Shown here one piece after another: positions 1 through 13,130 of a DNA stretch of 64,000 nt. Every line of letters starts with the position of its first letter. Positions within the stretch are counted from its first letter, which is position 1. The notes beneath the pieces are model-generated. The model saw only the letters and a program-made list of their open reading frames with translations. It searched no databases and was not told where the DNA came from. This stretch comes from Tubiluchus corallicola (Eukaryota > Animalia > Priapulida), in contig JAQGDQ010000070.1 of NCBI GenBank assembly GCA_030141605.1, positions 620,001-684,000 on the forward strand. Reading direction: 5' to 3'. The translations under genes and the position numbers were made by a program.

Positions 1-1079
1 CTTCAAAGATGGAATTTCACAGTTTAATGTCAGGGCATCTTAACAGCATTACAGACACCTGGGCAAAGCAGTGCACAGGAGTTCCAACCTATACAACCAC
101 TCACAAGGTAAAAAATGTAAATGGTCCATAAAATTAAACATGTACATTTATTGTATTGGTACTTCCAACAAAATCAGTGTGTAAACATTAAAGAACATGG
201 TGTACAGCAAAAATTAATCAACACAGATGTTGATTAGTTAATGTACAATATAACATGAGCATCGAAAAACACATACATAGACCCGGGCAACTGCATACTG
301 TGGCCATGCGTTAGATGGCCCTGAGTTTAATATGTTCAGTACATAGTAAATGACTGTGAAAGTTACAAGTTTATAGCTTTAGTAGTCTTAAGTTATGGCC
401 AAAAAGCTTTTGCATGTTAAAAATTTAGCTAATCAGCTATTGAAAAATATCCACGTTGACGAACATATAAAGCACTCAATAGATATAAAGCAAAACGACA
501 AAGAAATCAACCAATTCTTACATCACGAAAAGATAAAATACTTATAAAGCTTTGTTATCAAGATAAAATGGGACCACTGGACTGCGATATAGGAATTTAC
601 TTGAAGAAAAAAATGTACGATGTCCACACTGAGCTATCCGATGCACGAAAAGGAAAAATTGTTGATTGCTTAATGCCCAAATTTTTAGTAAAACAAAATG
701 TCTATATTTCCATAGACATGTACGTGTTAATGCACCTTGTTATAATACCACACTCCTTGTAATGCCAACTTTTTTGCAGTCCAAAAGTTGGCGATATAAA
801 GAGGTTTCAATATTAGATAGTTGATTGATTGCTTTGCTACTCAGTGTTAGTCTAGAAAATACATAGGCAAAAATTGCCTTCAAAAAGGACTACATAGACA
901 TCAAAATAGACAAAATTAAGGCAAATATGAATCCATCATTTTGTGCATTCTTTGACTAAAGTAAACTGCAACTATGTCTACAGTAGAAAAATTGCATTGA
1001 AATCATATTGCACAGTTTTCCAAGGAAATGTGTGTCTGAGTGTAATTTTTACTGTTTGACAATCTTGTTATTTCTTTAG

Positions 1080-1348
1080 TGACTTTCGACTGCCAAAGCG
1101 TTTATGGTCACTCTGAGCTGGATCTGTTATTGCCGATGTGCGAGGACGTTCTGCCGTCAGAATTCTTTACGGAGTACCACAGTCTGATTCCCAAGGCACC
1201 TGGATTTGAATCCAGGCACGATATTTACTGTTTATTTTTTAATGCAATCATGTGGACTCACGTAGGTATGGAAGAGGGCAAACCATATCGAAATGGACTC
1301 ATTCAGTGTTTAAAAAAAGTAAATAGTCAAGTTGTCAGTTTATCGTAA
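1080..1348 (+). CDS. Terminal coding exon of a fructosamine-3-kinase / ketosamine-3-kinase family gene (upstream exons not identified)
   Basis: Acceptor tttctttag|t at 1079/1080. The peptide VTFDCQSVYGHSELDL...EFFTEYHSLIPKAPGFESRHDIYCLF...WTHVG..Y aligns with the FN3K/FN3KRP C-terminus (xFDPASFYGHSEFEL...YHxxIPKAPGFxxRxxLYQLF..LNHWNHFG..Y). Stop at 1348. Confidence 0.85.
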
Positions 1349-3943
1349 TACAAGGAATTAACTTTTAATGCATTATTTATCTGTTTATTGGCAATGGCAT
1401 CAGCGGAGCGTGTGGGTTTGGCTGTCAGGTAGAACTAGTATTGACCATTTAAATTACTAATGCAAATAGCTAAAACACGTGGAATACAGTCATAAAGTGA
1501 TTATCTGCGTTATCTTGTAAAAAGAGAAAAAATGTGTATTAAGAGATGTTCCAGAAATCAGATCTTTAAGTATTGTGTATTAAACTGCAGGGTTTTTATT
1601 GAAATTGCCCTATGTTTAACAATATGATGTATATAATATAATTGCACAATTTACAGGCTGTGATCAATGTGATGTATATATCTGTAACAATATACAGACT
1701 GTAGACAATGTGATGTTTATAATTGAGACAATATTGTTTAAAGTGCAACAACATATTGGGCACTATAATTAAAGTACTGGTATGACATTTAGAAATATGT
1801 TACCAAAAATTGTAGATAGTGATTGAATTTCATAACTAATTAGTATTAGCATATATTGCTTAATTAGCTTTAGAAGCATTGGCAATATCTGATATTTGTC
1901 CTTTCTATTGATAGCTAATATATACAATAAAATATTGATTAACTAAAGAATATTTACATTGATAATACAAAGGTTGGTATGTCTGTTTAATATATTCACT
2001 TATTGTCATTCAGACATGAAATTATCATGTAATTTCCACTTTCCTGTTTCTTTGTTTTATAGTTCATGCAGTGCCCCTAGATATACTGTACAGTACAACA
2101 CTTCGAATACGATTTGATTTCGTACCTTTTGTACAAATCATTTGTTATACTAAAGTAAATCCTTTGCTTATTGAATGCACCCTTGAAATGTATTGGGTCA
2201 CTGTACTTGTACCAAATTGGGAACAGTACCAGGTATCCTACTAATATGATCTCTCTGATGCCTTAATATTGCAGAAACCCTCATGCCAAGTGAATTTTTT
2301 GCATACTGATGGGGCTGTTTATCTTTCACATGTGATTTAAAATGCTTTTGTAAAGAAAAGTTTTCGTAGTACTTGTCATTTTAGAGTTTAATTCCATCAT
2401 ACTATTAGGCTTGATATGGCACGTAATGTGCTTAATTACAGTAAAAGGTTTTTGTACTTTTGTCATCGAATCTATTTTTCTGGTTTCCAATTGCCATTTA
2501 AAGATTATTATTACACAAAATAAGGGTCTGTCTGTTCATACTACTTATTAGTTGCCTATAATTACACCTATAAGTAATCTATAATTAGATAAAAACACAC
2601 GGAATTTTATTTGTCAAACTAATATATTTTGTTATAACTTAATCCTACGAGTTAAAACACCAAAAGTGCATTGTTGATACGCACTTCAGTGTTTAACTGT
2701 TCAATACTATAATATAAAAACTGTCGCTATGTGATAATGAAATTTACCTGTTTATTTACAAGACGCACATTTGCTTATAATTATACGTTTTTGTATGCTA
2801 TTGCTACAAGACAAAGCTGTTGTTACAAAAATCTGAACACAGTTCAAGTTTTTTGGTAACTAACATCACTGATGTGTGTTGACAATGAAACAAAAGAAGC
2901 AACTGACAGGACAAAACTTGACAATAAGGCAACTGGCAATACCTGATAAGTTTTTCAAAGATGAATTATTTCATGCCATTTGGCAAACAACAGAACTTCC
3001 TTCTGTGCCTGTTTGCTACAGTCAGCTATGTGACCAGGCAGTTAAAAGTAAAGTTATGTACAAGTATTTGACAGAACACGACAGATATTTCAAAAAAAGT
3101 AAAGTAGATATGGCATACATGTAATTACTTCTACTTGATCAAAATGTATCTTTACTGCCAGTTCTCTTAGTTCAAAAAAAGATGTACATTCATTATTTAA
3201 AAAGCTCCCAGCACTGTATCATCATTTAATCAAGAAAGTCATCCCTTTTTACTGCAGATAAAAGTGATAGTTCAAATGAGCACAATCTGCGAGCATGGCT
3301 TCAATTTTTTAAATGTGCGTCACCCTATCAATGACAACTGAATAGTTAAGTCACACAGACAATTTTGATGACACAGAACATATGCAATTGCATAAACTTT
3401 AGACCAAGTGACTACCATGTTGAAGTCACTGATTTTGACTGGTCTTGTCTTCTTTACAATAAACCACAAATACACATAATGCTTTTAGTAATAATTTAAA
3501 GTTTTTGACATTGTCAGTCAATTTACTATACAAAATATTTGTTATTGTGATTTCAAAAACTTGCACTGGAATATTTTTGCATTGACAAGTTGATGCTGGT
3601 GAGGCACCGGTGTCAGGATATCGCCAAGACGGTGTACTATTCATCTGTTTACAATATATTTTTCATATCAATCACTTTGTTTACTTCTGGTGGTTTTAGC
3701 AAACTGTTTCAAAAATAAAGCACAACAAACTATAAATGCAAAGTACTGATTCAGTTTCCACGAGAAACATTTCATGGATTAAACTGAAGTCATTCATTGT
3801 GCCACAAACGTGTGCAGTACATTGCTACAGATTGACCCACAAATCTCTAAGCACATCTTGCAGTACACCAACTGTGTGAGCAGCAAGCAAACATTACGTT
3901 ACTGTAAAATAGTTACCCAAGCCGACATTAGCTACACTGATTG

Positions 3944-4849
3944 TCATTGAGGAGGCATAGGAATGCCCATGCGCAGTTCGGCACTTCGAGGATCCGTAGA
4001 TACTGTTGTCTCCAAATTCTTTAGCAATTGCTGAAGCCAGTGTTTTGTAGATTTGTCATCTGTAAGGCACTTAGCAAATGTGTTGTCCTTCAACTGGTCA
4101 GGCAGACATTGTCTCAGTGCTTCACGAGCCCTTGGATTATCAGACAATCGAAGGTAACATCGAACCACATGTTTGAGGAGCCTTGCTGATTGTTCCTTAG
4201 CCAACGATAATACCATTTTTCCCAAAATCATGGCAACATGAGAAAAGCGCTCATAAGTCTGACAAATATAAGACAAACCAGTCTCATCCAGCAGTATTTT
4301 CTGCAGTATAAACGTTGCGACAGTTTTAGACAATTCACTCCCGGACTCCATAATGCGCAAGCAAAGAGGAATAATCTCTGTTGTTAATAAGAAGTTAATG
4401 ACCTCCTGCTCATCGGTCTTTACCAATGCTCCAATAACACCCAAGCTAGTTAGGCGTAAGTATTCAAAAGGTCTTGTTTTACTAACGGTGTGCAAAAACG
4501 GGTACAAAAACAATGGAATATGTGCTTGCAGAAATGCAGATCTAGTCTCTGGATGGGAAGCAACACACTGCAGTAATGCTAAAGCGTTGCATACACGATT
4601 CGACTGGTGTGCCGTTAGGTGAGGTGGGTTAATATACGGGTAGATGCTAACAATTTCTTGCAACAAAGCAGCAATGGTGCCAAAAGAATGCCATAGCATG
4701 GGAGCTAATTCTGGAACAACCTCCCTCTTTTTACTTAACTCAAGTAAAGCATTTTCTCGAGTGTCAGGCCGTGACAATTCAATAATCCATTCATAAATTT
4801 TTTCACGGTCGACTGACTGCATATTAGCTGACTGTGCGGTTGCAGTCAT
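3944..4849 (-). CDS. CNOT9: CCR4-NOT transcription complex subunit 9 (Rcd1/Caf40), single coding exon
   Basis: 301-aa uninterrupted ORF with hallmark Rcd1 sequences ([87 protein letters not shown]). Confidence 0.98.
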   Translation of the reverse strand: MTATAQSANMQSVDREKIYEWIIELSRPDTRENALLELSKKREVVPELAPMLWHSFGTIAALLQEIVSIYPYINPPHLTAHQSNRVCNALALLQCVASHPETRSAFLQAHIPLFLYPFLHTVSKTRPFEYLRLTSLGVIGALVKTDEQEVINFLLTTEIIPLCLRIMESGSELSKTVATFILQKILLDETGLSYICQTYERFSHVAMILGKMVLSLAKEQSARLLKHVVRCYLRLSDNPRAREALRQCLPDQLKDNTFAKCLTDDKSTKHWLQQLLKNLETTVSTDPRSAELRMGIPMPPQ

Positions 4850-5269
4850 CGTATAGTAATAATGTTTACGTTTCTATTGCTCTTAATTTCAAAGTCTTGA
4901 AATATTAAACCCAAAAACCGTTAAACTATTATTATCAGGTAAGAAAATGTCAAAACAAACAGCGAATGAGTACGCCACCATTAATCGTCACTGCGCAAAT
5001 CGCACAACTGTGAATGATGGTCTACAAATCTGATTCAATGTTAACTTAATTTGTTTTGGGCAACGCCATGGAAATAGAATTTTAAAGTATGTCTCAAAAA
5101 CATACCATACAAAGCTACATTACTTGGCAATTTAGCAGTAATTTAACATACTTGCGTCAGCTGGCCAAGCGTCATTGTTTCAGTATCCCAGCACCCAAAA
5201 ACAGCATTTATGGCTCACCAAAAAAATATGATCTTATAGATTAACCAATTTACACTTTTGCTTACTGCT

Positions 5270-5697
5270 TAGTTGGTGTGTGTCAACTATGATGCTCTAA
5301 TTGTTAGGCATAAGCATCGAATACTCTGACATTCGATATATATGGAAATGAGATATAATAGTGCTCTTCTGAGATTTGTCGTAGTCATAATCATATAGAA
5401 GTACAAGTGCCCATTAAGTCTCAATTTTTCATTTTGCACAGGAGCCTTTGTCCCTCACGGATTTCATCAGTTGAAATCAAATTTAAGCGTGTGAAGAACC
5501 AAAGCTCCTGTGAAAAAAATGAGACTTAATGTGCACTAGGACTTCTTTATGATTATGACTACGACAAGTCTCAGAAGACCACTATTATATCTTATTTACA
5601 TAATTTTAAGTTCGAATCACATTGGAACACTCGAATGCCAAAGTATTCGATGCTTATGCCTAACAATTAGAGCATCATAGTTGACACACACTAACTA
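5270..5697. mobile_element. ~430-bp foldback/MITE-like near-perfect palindrome between CNOT9 and CCDC61
   Basis: tagttggtgtgtgtcaactatgatgctctaattgttaggcataagcatcgaatac... (from 5270) is the reverse complement of ...gtattcgatgcttatgcctaacaattagagcatcatagttgacacacactaacta (to 5697). The arms continue inward (agatataatagtg..gagatttgtcgtagtcataatcata / tatgattatgactacgacaagtctc..cactattatatct) to a short central loop. TA at both ends. Confidence 0.8.
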
Positions 5698-5964
5698 CAT
5701 ATGCTATTTATCGAGTTTTCTATATCGAGAATGCTTGTCAAATACCCCATAAGAACGTGCGTTGCGCAACGGCCAATATCCATAATGGAATTACGGTTAG
5801 CCGTAACAAAGTAGTCGCAAAGAAACGACGAACTGCACATGCCGAGAATGCACCCGCTCACGCAAGATTTCAGTCTGCGCTATCAGCGGCTAATGACACG
5901 CGGCATCCGGCAGTTCAGTTACTATAAAAAATGTACCGTAGCCTATAAATCTGCAAAGTAGATT

Positions 5965-8900
5965 ATGGAAGAAAATTCGAGTTTAGTTGCCACGTGCAAA
6001 TTTAAAGGAATCGAACATGTAGTGAGCATGGTAGTTAAAGGGAAGAGTGAATTATGTTTAGGTGTTGAAAATCTGGAAAGCGGGGAACAATGGCTAGGCA
6101 ATTTCAATAATGCTTGTAAGCTACATAACTTCTTTCTAGATAGTACCTTTCCGTTAACTTTTTCCAATAATTTGCTAACAGTGACATTATTTATAATTTT
6201 TTGTAATGTGAAAGTAAATGTATTCAGTTTTTATTGTTCAGTTGTTAAAACTTCAATGGTCCATTACGCATTTAAGCCTATTTTTGTTCAACACAGCTAG
6301 GTGTCAGACCGGTAATACTTCCAAGCATGTAGCGATTGGGAAGGAATTTTAGTAAAAATTTTACTTTTTTCTCAAATTACATTGCGTTGTTTTTAACATT
6401 CTTGTAGATATTGAAGACCTATCCCATAAAACAGGAAATTTCAAGCAATTTAACATCTTTGTTAACATGCTGGAGTCTGCACTCACGAAGGTATTGAATT
6501 GAGGAATGGACAAATTAACGATTTTGAATTACAATTTTAAGATTTTTTCCATAGACAGACACTGATAATTAAAAAACTCTTAAGCAAGTTATTGTAGTTT
6601 TCTAATTGTCTAGGTTTAGACAATAGAACGATTTTATCAATACAAATTTACTTTTTTTTCATGTCACAAGACTGGTGTTCGACCAGGTTTGAGGTCCCCT
6701 TTTCCCATGGTAGAGTTCGCTGCCACTAGCAATAGTCATTTGGTTGTTTTGCTGTAGACAAACATGAACAATTCAATGACTATTATGAATTTAGTGATCA
6801 ATAGACAAGGTGCATAACCAAGTCCCTAAACAGTCGGACTTGTAAAGTATTGTGCTTGGCAACCGAAGTTCGCAATGGTGCTGAACCTTGTAATTTAATG
6901 AATTAGGTGAACTGATTTGATGTTCACTTTCGTTTGATAAGAGGCATCACCTTGATGATGACTATAAGTTCTGGTCGTGCCACAACCATTGAAATTGAGT
7001 ATATAGTCCCTGCCTCTGAATACTTGTTTCATGTTTGCAGTGTACTGAATTATATGAAAAAGCCAAAGCTGCGTTAAACAAGCTCGTGTATTTTACAGTT
7101 GGTTGCAATTATAATTTACAGTAGACCTAAATATGTTGTTAATTAACAACTGTTGATAATAGGTGCTGTCACCTTCACAAGTTGCTTAATAAGTTAGTCA
7201 CAAAATTAAAATTATTTGAGAGAGAATTCTACTTACATATATAGCCTACTTAAATTTACAGTCGAGTGACAGTGTGACACTAGATTTATTGACTTACGGG
7301 GACCTTGAGTCACTGCGATGCAGGAAGCAACGAGGGCAACAACCGTCTCTAAGTTCATCTTTACAGGATAGCAAACGTTTTCTCATTATGACTTACACAG
7401 TAGAGTTTGATAGGTAAGCATTAGTAGAAAAATGCCATACTTCCCATATCTGTCGATTATTGGGTGGTGACAGATTTGCAAATTGTTAGATTAGTTTATA
7501 TTTTGTGGAGGTTCAAATAAAAACATATTTTACAAAACTAATTTGGAAAGTTTCACAGATTTGCCCAAATTTTACTATATGAAGGAGTTATGAGTTGTAA
7601 CATTACATTTGTGGAGAACTGGCAGGAAGGGTTTTAAGCTTGTTACTGGCAAATAGGTAGATTTGTTCAAGTTAGACCCATACCAAGAAAGGCCCCATGA
7701 ACACGCTCGAGAGGAGGAAGCTGTGATGAATTAATTAGTGCCCAGTGTGCACGAAGTTTCTTGAACTGTGAAGGTTAAAGTGTGAAGGTGTGATAGTGAA
7801 ACTATTCAGTGTGCCCTCGTATATCTATGCTTCAATGTTTTTTGATGATCATTTATTTATTTAAAAAGGTAATTGGCAAGCCCTATATTCAGCTTTTGTG
7901 TAGAGGGCTCCACTAACAATTTTCTAATGGTCGTGAGAACTGGTTTCATTACTGCAATTCAACGACAGTAGGCGAATACTTTTATTTTAGTAAAATAGTA
8001 TTAGAAATCTTGGGTGCAGCATCGTCATTCTACAGATGTGGCCATTGTGAATGCGGAATGCTGGAGATGGCTGGCTTACCTGTTCAGTCAACAGTCATTG
8101 TAATAAACAAAAATATGCTGTTTTCATATCACTTGCTGTGAATGGAGGCTGTGGTGATCATTTTGTGTGCTGTTGTTTTGTTATGTAAACAATAATGATT
8201 TTTGTTTCATTACAATCAAAACAGTACTGTTGTGAAAGACTGACCTACTTTCGTCTTTCCTGTATTTGCTAAACCTGTATGTTTGCTAATTACTTATATC
8301 ACTTTTTGTTTGCTTTAGAATTCATTATCCACTACCATTAGTGTATCAAGGAGAAGTTAGCAATCAGTATCTACTGGACACCATCAGGAAGCTAAGAGCC
8401 GAAATTTTTCAGCTGAAGCAGGTAACAAAATCTTATTAGGAATATATCAATACCAATAGCAGGTAAAATTCACTTTCGTAATTATTTTGTGCTTTATTAA
8501 TTTGACTTCTTTTTTTCCTTTATGAGGATAAGATAATTTTTGGATTTTACAAACTATTAATATATTTATTTGTATATGTCCCTGCATTATTTTTCTTATT
8601 TTTGGTCCTGATTGTGACTTTGTCTGCTACACTGGTGGTGACTGGCCTTGGATGCAGGAACTTTTTTTAACTAATAGGGGTGCATGCACCCAACTCCAGG
8701 CACATGTCTTATTGCATAAAGTAATGGTTAAAGTCATTGCAAGATTGACCAACATGAGATTAACTTGTGTCCAAATGTCAACTATATAACTGCAATGTCT
8801 GAAACATAATTAACCAAGAAGCAAGTGGGTTGACAGTTGTGCCACACCCTTAAAGTCTAACTGCTTTTAAACTTAAAGTAGAAAACCAAAGTTATTTAAC

Positions 8901-11900
8901 GTTAGATGAAAGAATGTTTAAAAAAGTTTCTAATTTGTATCACTAATCACTCACGTGATACAACATCCTAGTATACATCTGCGATTGATTCTCATAAGGT
9001 AACGTCACATCAGTTTTTGTTGGTTTTCTTACAGGCACCACCTGATGCTGACTTTTTGCAGCTCCAACATGAGTGAGTATAAACATAGTTATATTGTAGC
9101 TACACGATTAAATCGGCTAACATGTAGTTATGGATCCCGTATATGTTTATATGCATCTTGTGAAGATGTTACAGAATGAGGAAATGTTGCCGATGGGCGC
9201 TAGACATTATTCGAGTCACGGCTGATTTTAACTGCTTAATATTAATTTGTCATTGTAAATCTGTCTAGTGTGTGTCTTGGTATATATGTATCGATAGATA
9301 TACTACACATATACATGTAGGTATGTAAAGGCATATTGCATACACTTACATAATAGGTATGTATCGGACTTAAGGGCTGCTTGCAGAGATCAGAGATTAT
9401 AAACACCTTGAAATGACAATTATATATATATTATAATCGTATAGTGTATTATAAACGTATAGCGTGCAGGTTTAATCCACACTTTGTATTAAAATTTTGC
9501 TTAAAGTAATTAGACTTGGATAAAGACATCAATGAGAGTAATTTCGGTTTGAATTTCAGCTATAAAGTGCTTTTGCGAGAGAAACAAATCCTAGAAGAGA
9601 GACTGGAAATGAGCCGCAGCCAAACAGGTGTGTGGCCTCTCATGTCTCTGACATCAGCCAAGTTCCTACCAAGGTCACCTCTGCTAGCAAATTTGCTAAA
9701 ATCAAAAGTTGTTTTGTAAAACAAACGTTTTCTTAAAACTGATCAATAACTGAGATTATCTCATGACATTTTAGTGTAAGAATGGTATAAATATCAGAAA
9801 TTTTTGTTTCACTTGCAGTTCTTAACAAAAATAGGATCGGCAACAAATGCTCTCAACTGCAAGTGCATGAGAAAACATAACCTTGTCAAGTTTCCTTGAA
9901 AATATTTAAAACTATTAGTTAGATCGCTTTTTTAAGTTCTTGGTTTTCGTATTACCGTACCTTGAATACTTATTTAATGCTTACAAGAATTTGTGTGTTT
10001 TTGGGAAAGAGGGCAACTTCCGTAATTTAAAGTTAAAGGTAAACCTTTTTACAACTCTAATTGTAGATGTAAGACTTCTTTAAAAGTGCTAAAAGACACT
10101 AATTGACACTTGCTTTTAACACAGTCCAAGGTCACTTTAAATTGTAAGCAGTTTATTTTAAAGTCTGCGTTCATCCTTTTAAGGGGAAAAGGCTTTCAAA
10201 AATGTTTTATATCTACAACTTGTGCAGTAAAAAGTTTTAATTATTCTTAACTAAAGAATCAACATCTCCTGATAACATTTTTATAAATTGTTCTGTGGCG
10301 AAATGAACTCATTTCAGATCAGACTGCCACGACGCGTGAAATCAAAGTATTGAAAGAAATGGTCAAGTCTTTGGAAGAGGAACTATTACAAGAGAGAAAT
10401 CAACGCCAGCGAACAGTGTCAAAGTACAGTGCTGAGAACAGGAGGCTTATGGAGGAGGTATGTGGGGGGGGGGGGGTCGGAGCATCCACATATAACAACT
10501 TCGACTACCTACCTAGCATTGTAATGGTGTTATCATATGCTCCACTATACCTACCCCGTATATTGATATCACAGCAATGTAGCTTTTTGTATATTTTATT
10601 ATTCCTCCTCCCAAGGACAGGCAACAACGTTACTTGTGTTAATTAGCAGGAAACCATCAATGGATTTTACTGGCATCGGCAGTGAAGGTGGTGGCAACCT
10701 CAATTCACTGATTTTATTCTCATCAGTTGCTATCAGATAACGATATCGTAGCTGAATCTACCTGGCGTTATAATGCCGTTATCACATCTAATGCCACCTG
10801 CCTACCCTAAACTTGATTTCCTTATATGTGGATGCCACTGGATGGCCCCTACCTTTGTTAGGGGGTCGCTGAATCGAAGAGCTTTGTTCATAATTGATTG
10901 TGTGAATGCCATCATTTTATGAAATGCAGAAATACAATAACTGGATACTGATCAGCTAAGTTGTTAGCAAGCTTACCAGAAGTTATAAAACATGTGATTT
11001 GATATACTTCATTACATACTAATATTAATTCAGTCAATTTTCAAATTGCTAATGTGTGTCCTTTACTGAAATTTTGGATTGTGGAGTCATTGTTTCTGAG
11101 TTTATGAGTTCTTATAGTCTTCAAGTGGGGTCTTTGAATTTTTTTTAAGGGTTTCCAGGGGCCTATTTACTTTCAAAGTTAACAGTCCATTAAAAACTAG
11201 GAAAAATGTTCAACATGTATTAATAAGTTAGCAACAAGTATTTATAACTTTATTGGTTGGAAACCATGAAGAATTTTAAAAAGTATTGTTTGATTTTTGC
11301 TTAAGTTTTAAATTGATTTTTACGATAACTTTATTTGCACCTTTTGACTTAATGTATAGTCACATAAAATATGATACTGTAATGCAAAATTTGCAGCATG
11401 CACCTTAATGTCTAGCAAAGGAGTATCATGATTGTCCATTGTTTTCTCAGCTCACTTGTATTGCAACTTTGTTGTTTAGTGCAATAGAACCAATACTGAT
11501 GATAATAAAAGTAACTTTACGGAGATGAACCCATTTAGTACAATTTGTGCATAAATTGAAAACATGATAGGCTATGGCCTAGCTTCTACAAAACCTTGTT
11601 AGACATTTTTCCCTAGGTTGAAGATCTGCAGGCTAGAGAGAGAACACTGCAGATTCGTCTAAAGAACCTGACAGCAGATCTAGCACAATACAGACGAGGA
11701 AAAGTGCACCAGAACTCATCCCGGCATTCCTCACTTGACCGGTAATATTGCTTTATTCAGTAGTGTTGCTTTGTGTTAAAGTAAAGATTCGGTGAATTGA
11801 ATTGTTCAGGATCTACAAAGCTGCTGTGTTAGGCTATCCTGCTGAAGAGTAAAAGCTCCTAAGGTCGCTTTACCCAATATGAAGATTTCCCTATTGTGCT

Positions 11901-12978
11901 CCTGTTTTCCAAATATTTCTTAATATTGCTGACAAAGTATGACCAATAGTTGGTGTGCTATAACAACCACATTGTTATGAACTGCCAAGCACCTTTTAAT
12001 TCTGCTTTTTGTTTGTAAACATTACCTTCTAAACTTAACCAAAATTGTGCCATTCTTTGATGTCCGAGCAACTTGTTTGTTAAAAAAAATCATGCCAAAT
12101 AGGCAGTGGCTTTTTGAGGTTAGCGATTGCTATCATCTTCACGAAAACAGAATTATCTGACAGCAATAGCTGTACAACAACATTGGCGTGAATATAAACA
12201 CCTAACAGGAATCTAACATAGTTTAAGAGACTCACAACTAGTTAAGGAAGAGTGAATTAGTTACTTGTTGTAACAGTTAATAGAAACAGTCTCAAATGGC
12301 ATTTTAAAAAGGCATTTTTACTTTCTAGTTCATCTTTTGTGCTTAAACTAAGTTCTGTGTATCGTGTGTTGCATAAACATTCCTTGTGATCATTATCAGA
12401 TCAGAGAGTGGAAGGTCACGGACGCGAGAGTCTCCTGCGCTTGTTTTGCAGAGACCACCACCGAAACGAAGAACGCCATCTTGTGGTAAAAAAATCTTTT
12501 TTTGATCGACTTTTAATCTGACAAGTCATATATACTGTTACATTTGTCTAACAAAACCTGACTCACACGTATAATTACCAATTTAATACTGTCGTAAAAT
12601 CATAAAAAGTACATTTAATTTGCAATTAGATTAATAACCCGTAAACCATTATTATCGTAGTAGATATGGCTTCTATCTATCTGTTACCTATTCTATAAAT
12701 GGGTTTAACCTAATAGTGAACAGTTGCTCTAGTTTTGCTACTGTACTACTAGTTGGCTTTTACAAGACATTATATGCAGACATCGTTTCACCTATATTTC
12801 TGTGGAAACTTCTATATCAATAAACGTTTAAAGTACGTTCTACTGTTATACCTTTTGTTAACACGAACGACAAATACTTGTATTTCATTTATTTGTACTA
12901 AACTGCATACAAAGCAAGCAGCAAATAAGCACATGGTCAAATACATAAATAAGCAGACGAAACATACACAAACAAACA

Positions 12979-13012
<34 letters not shown>

Positions 13013-13093
13013 TGTTTGTTTGTTTGTTTGTGTATGTTTCGTCTGCTTATTTATGTATTTGACCATGTGCTTATTTGCTGCTTGCTTTGTATG

Positions 13094-13130
<37 letters not shown>

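Noticed and set aside
3-107. Open frame ending in aag|gta, a possible upstream FN3K exon
   Set aside because: The translation shows no FN3K motif (such as LHGDLW), so it cannot be assigned.
4353-4622. 89-aa plus-strand ORF
   Set aside because: Antisense shadow of the CNOT9 CDS.
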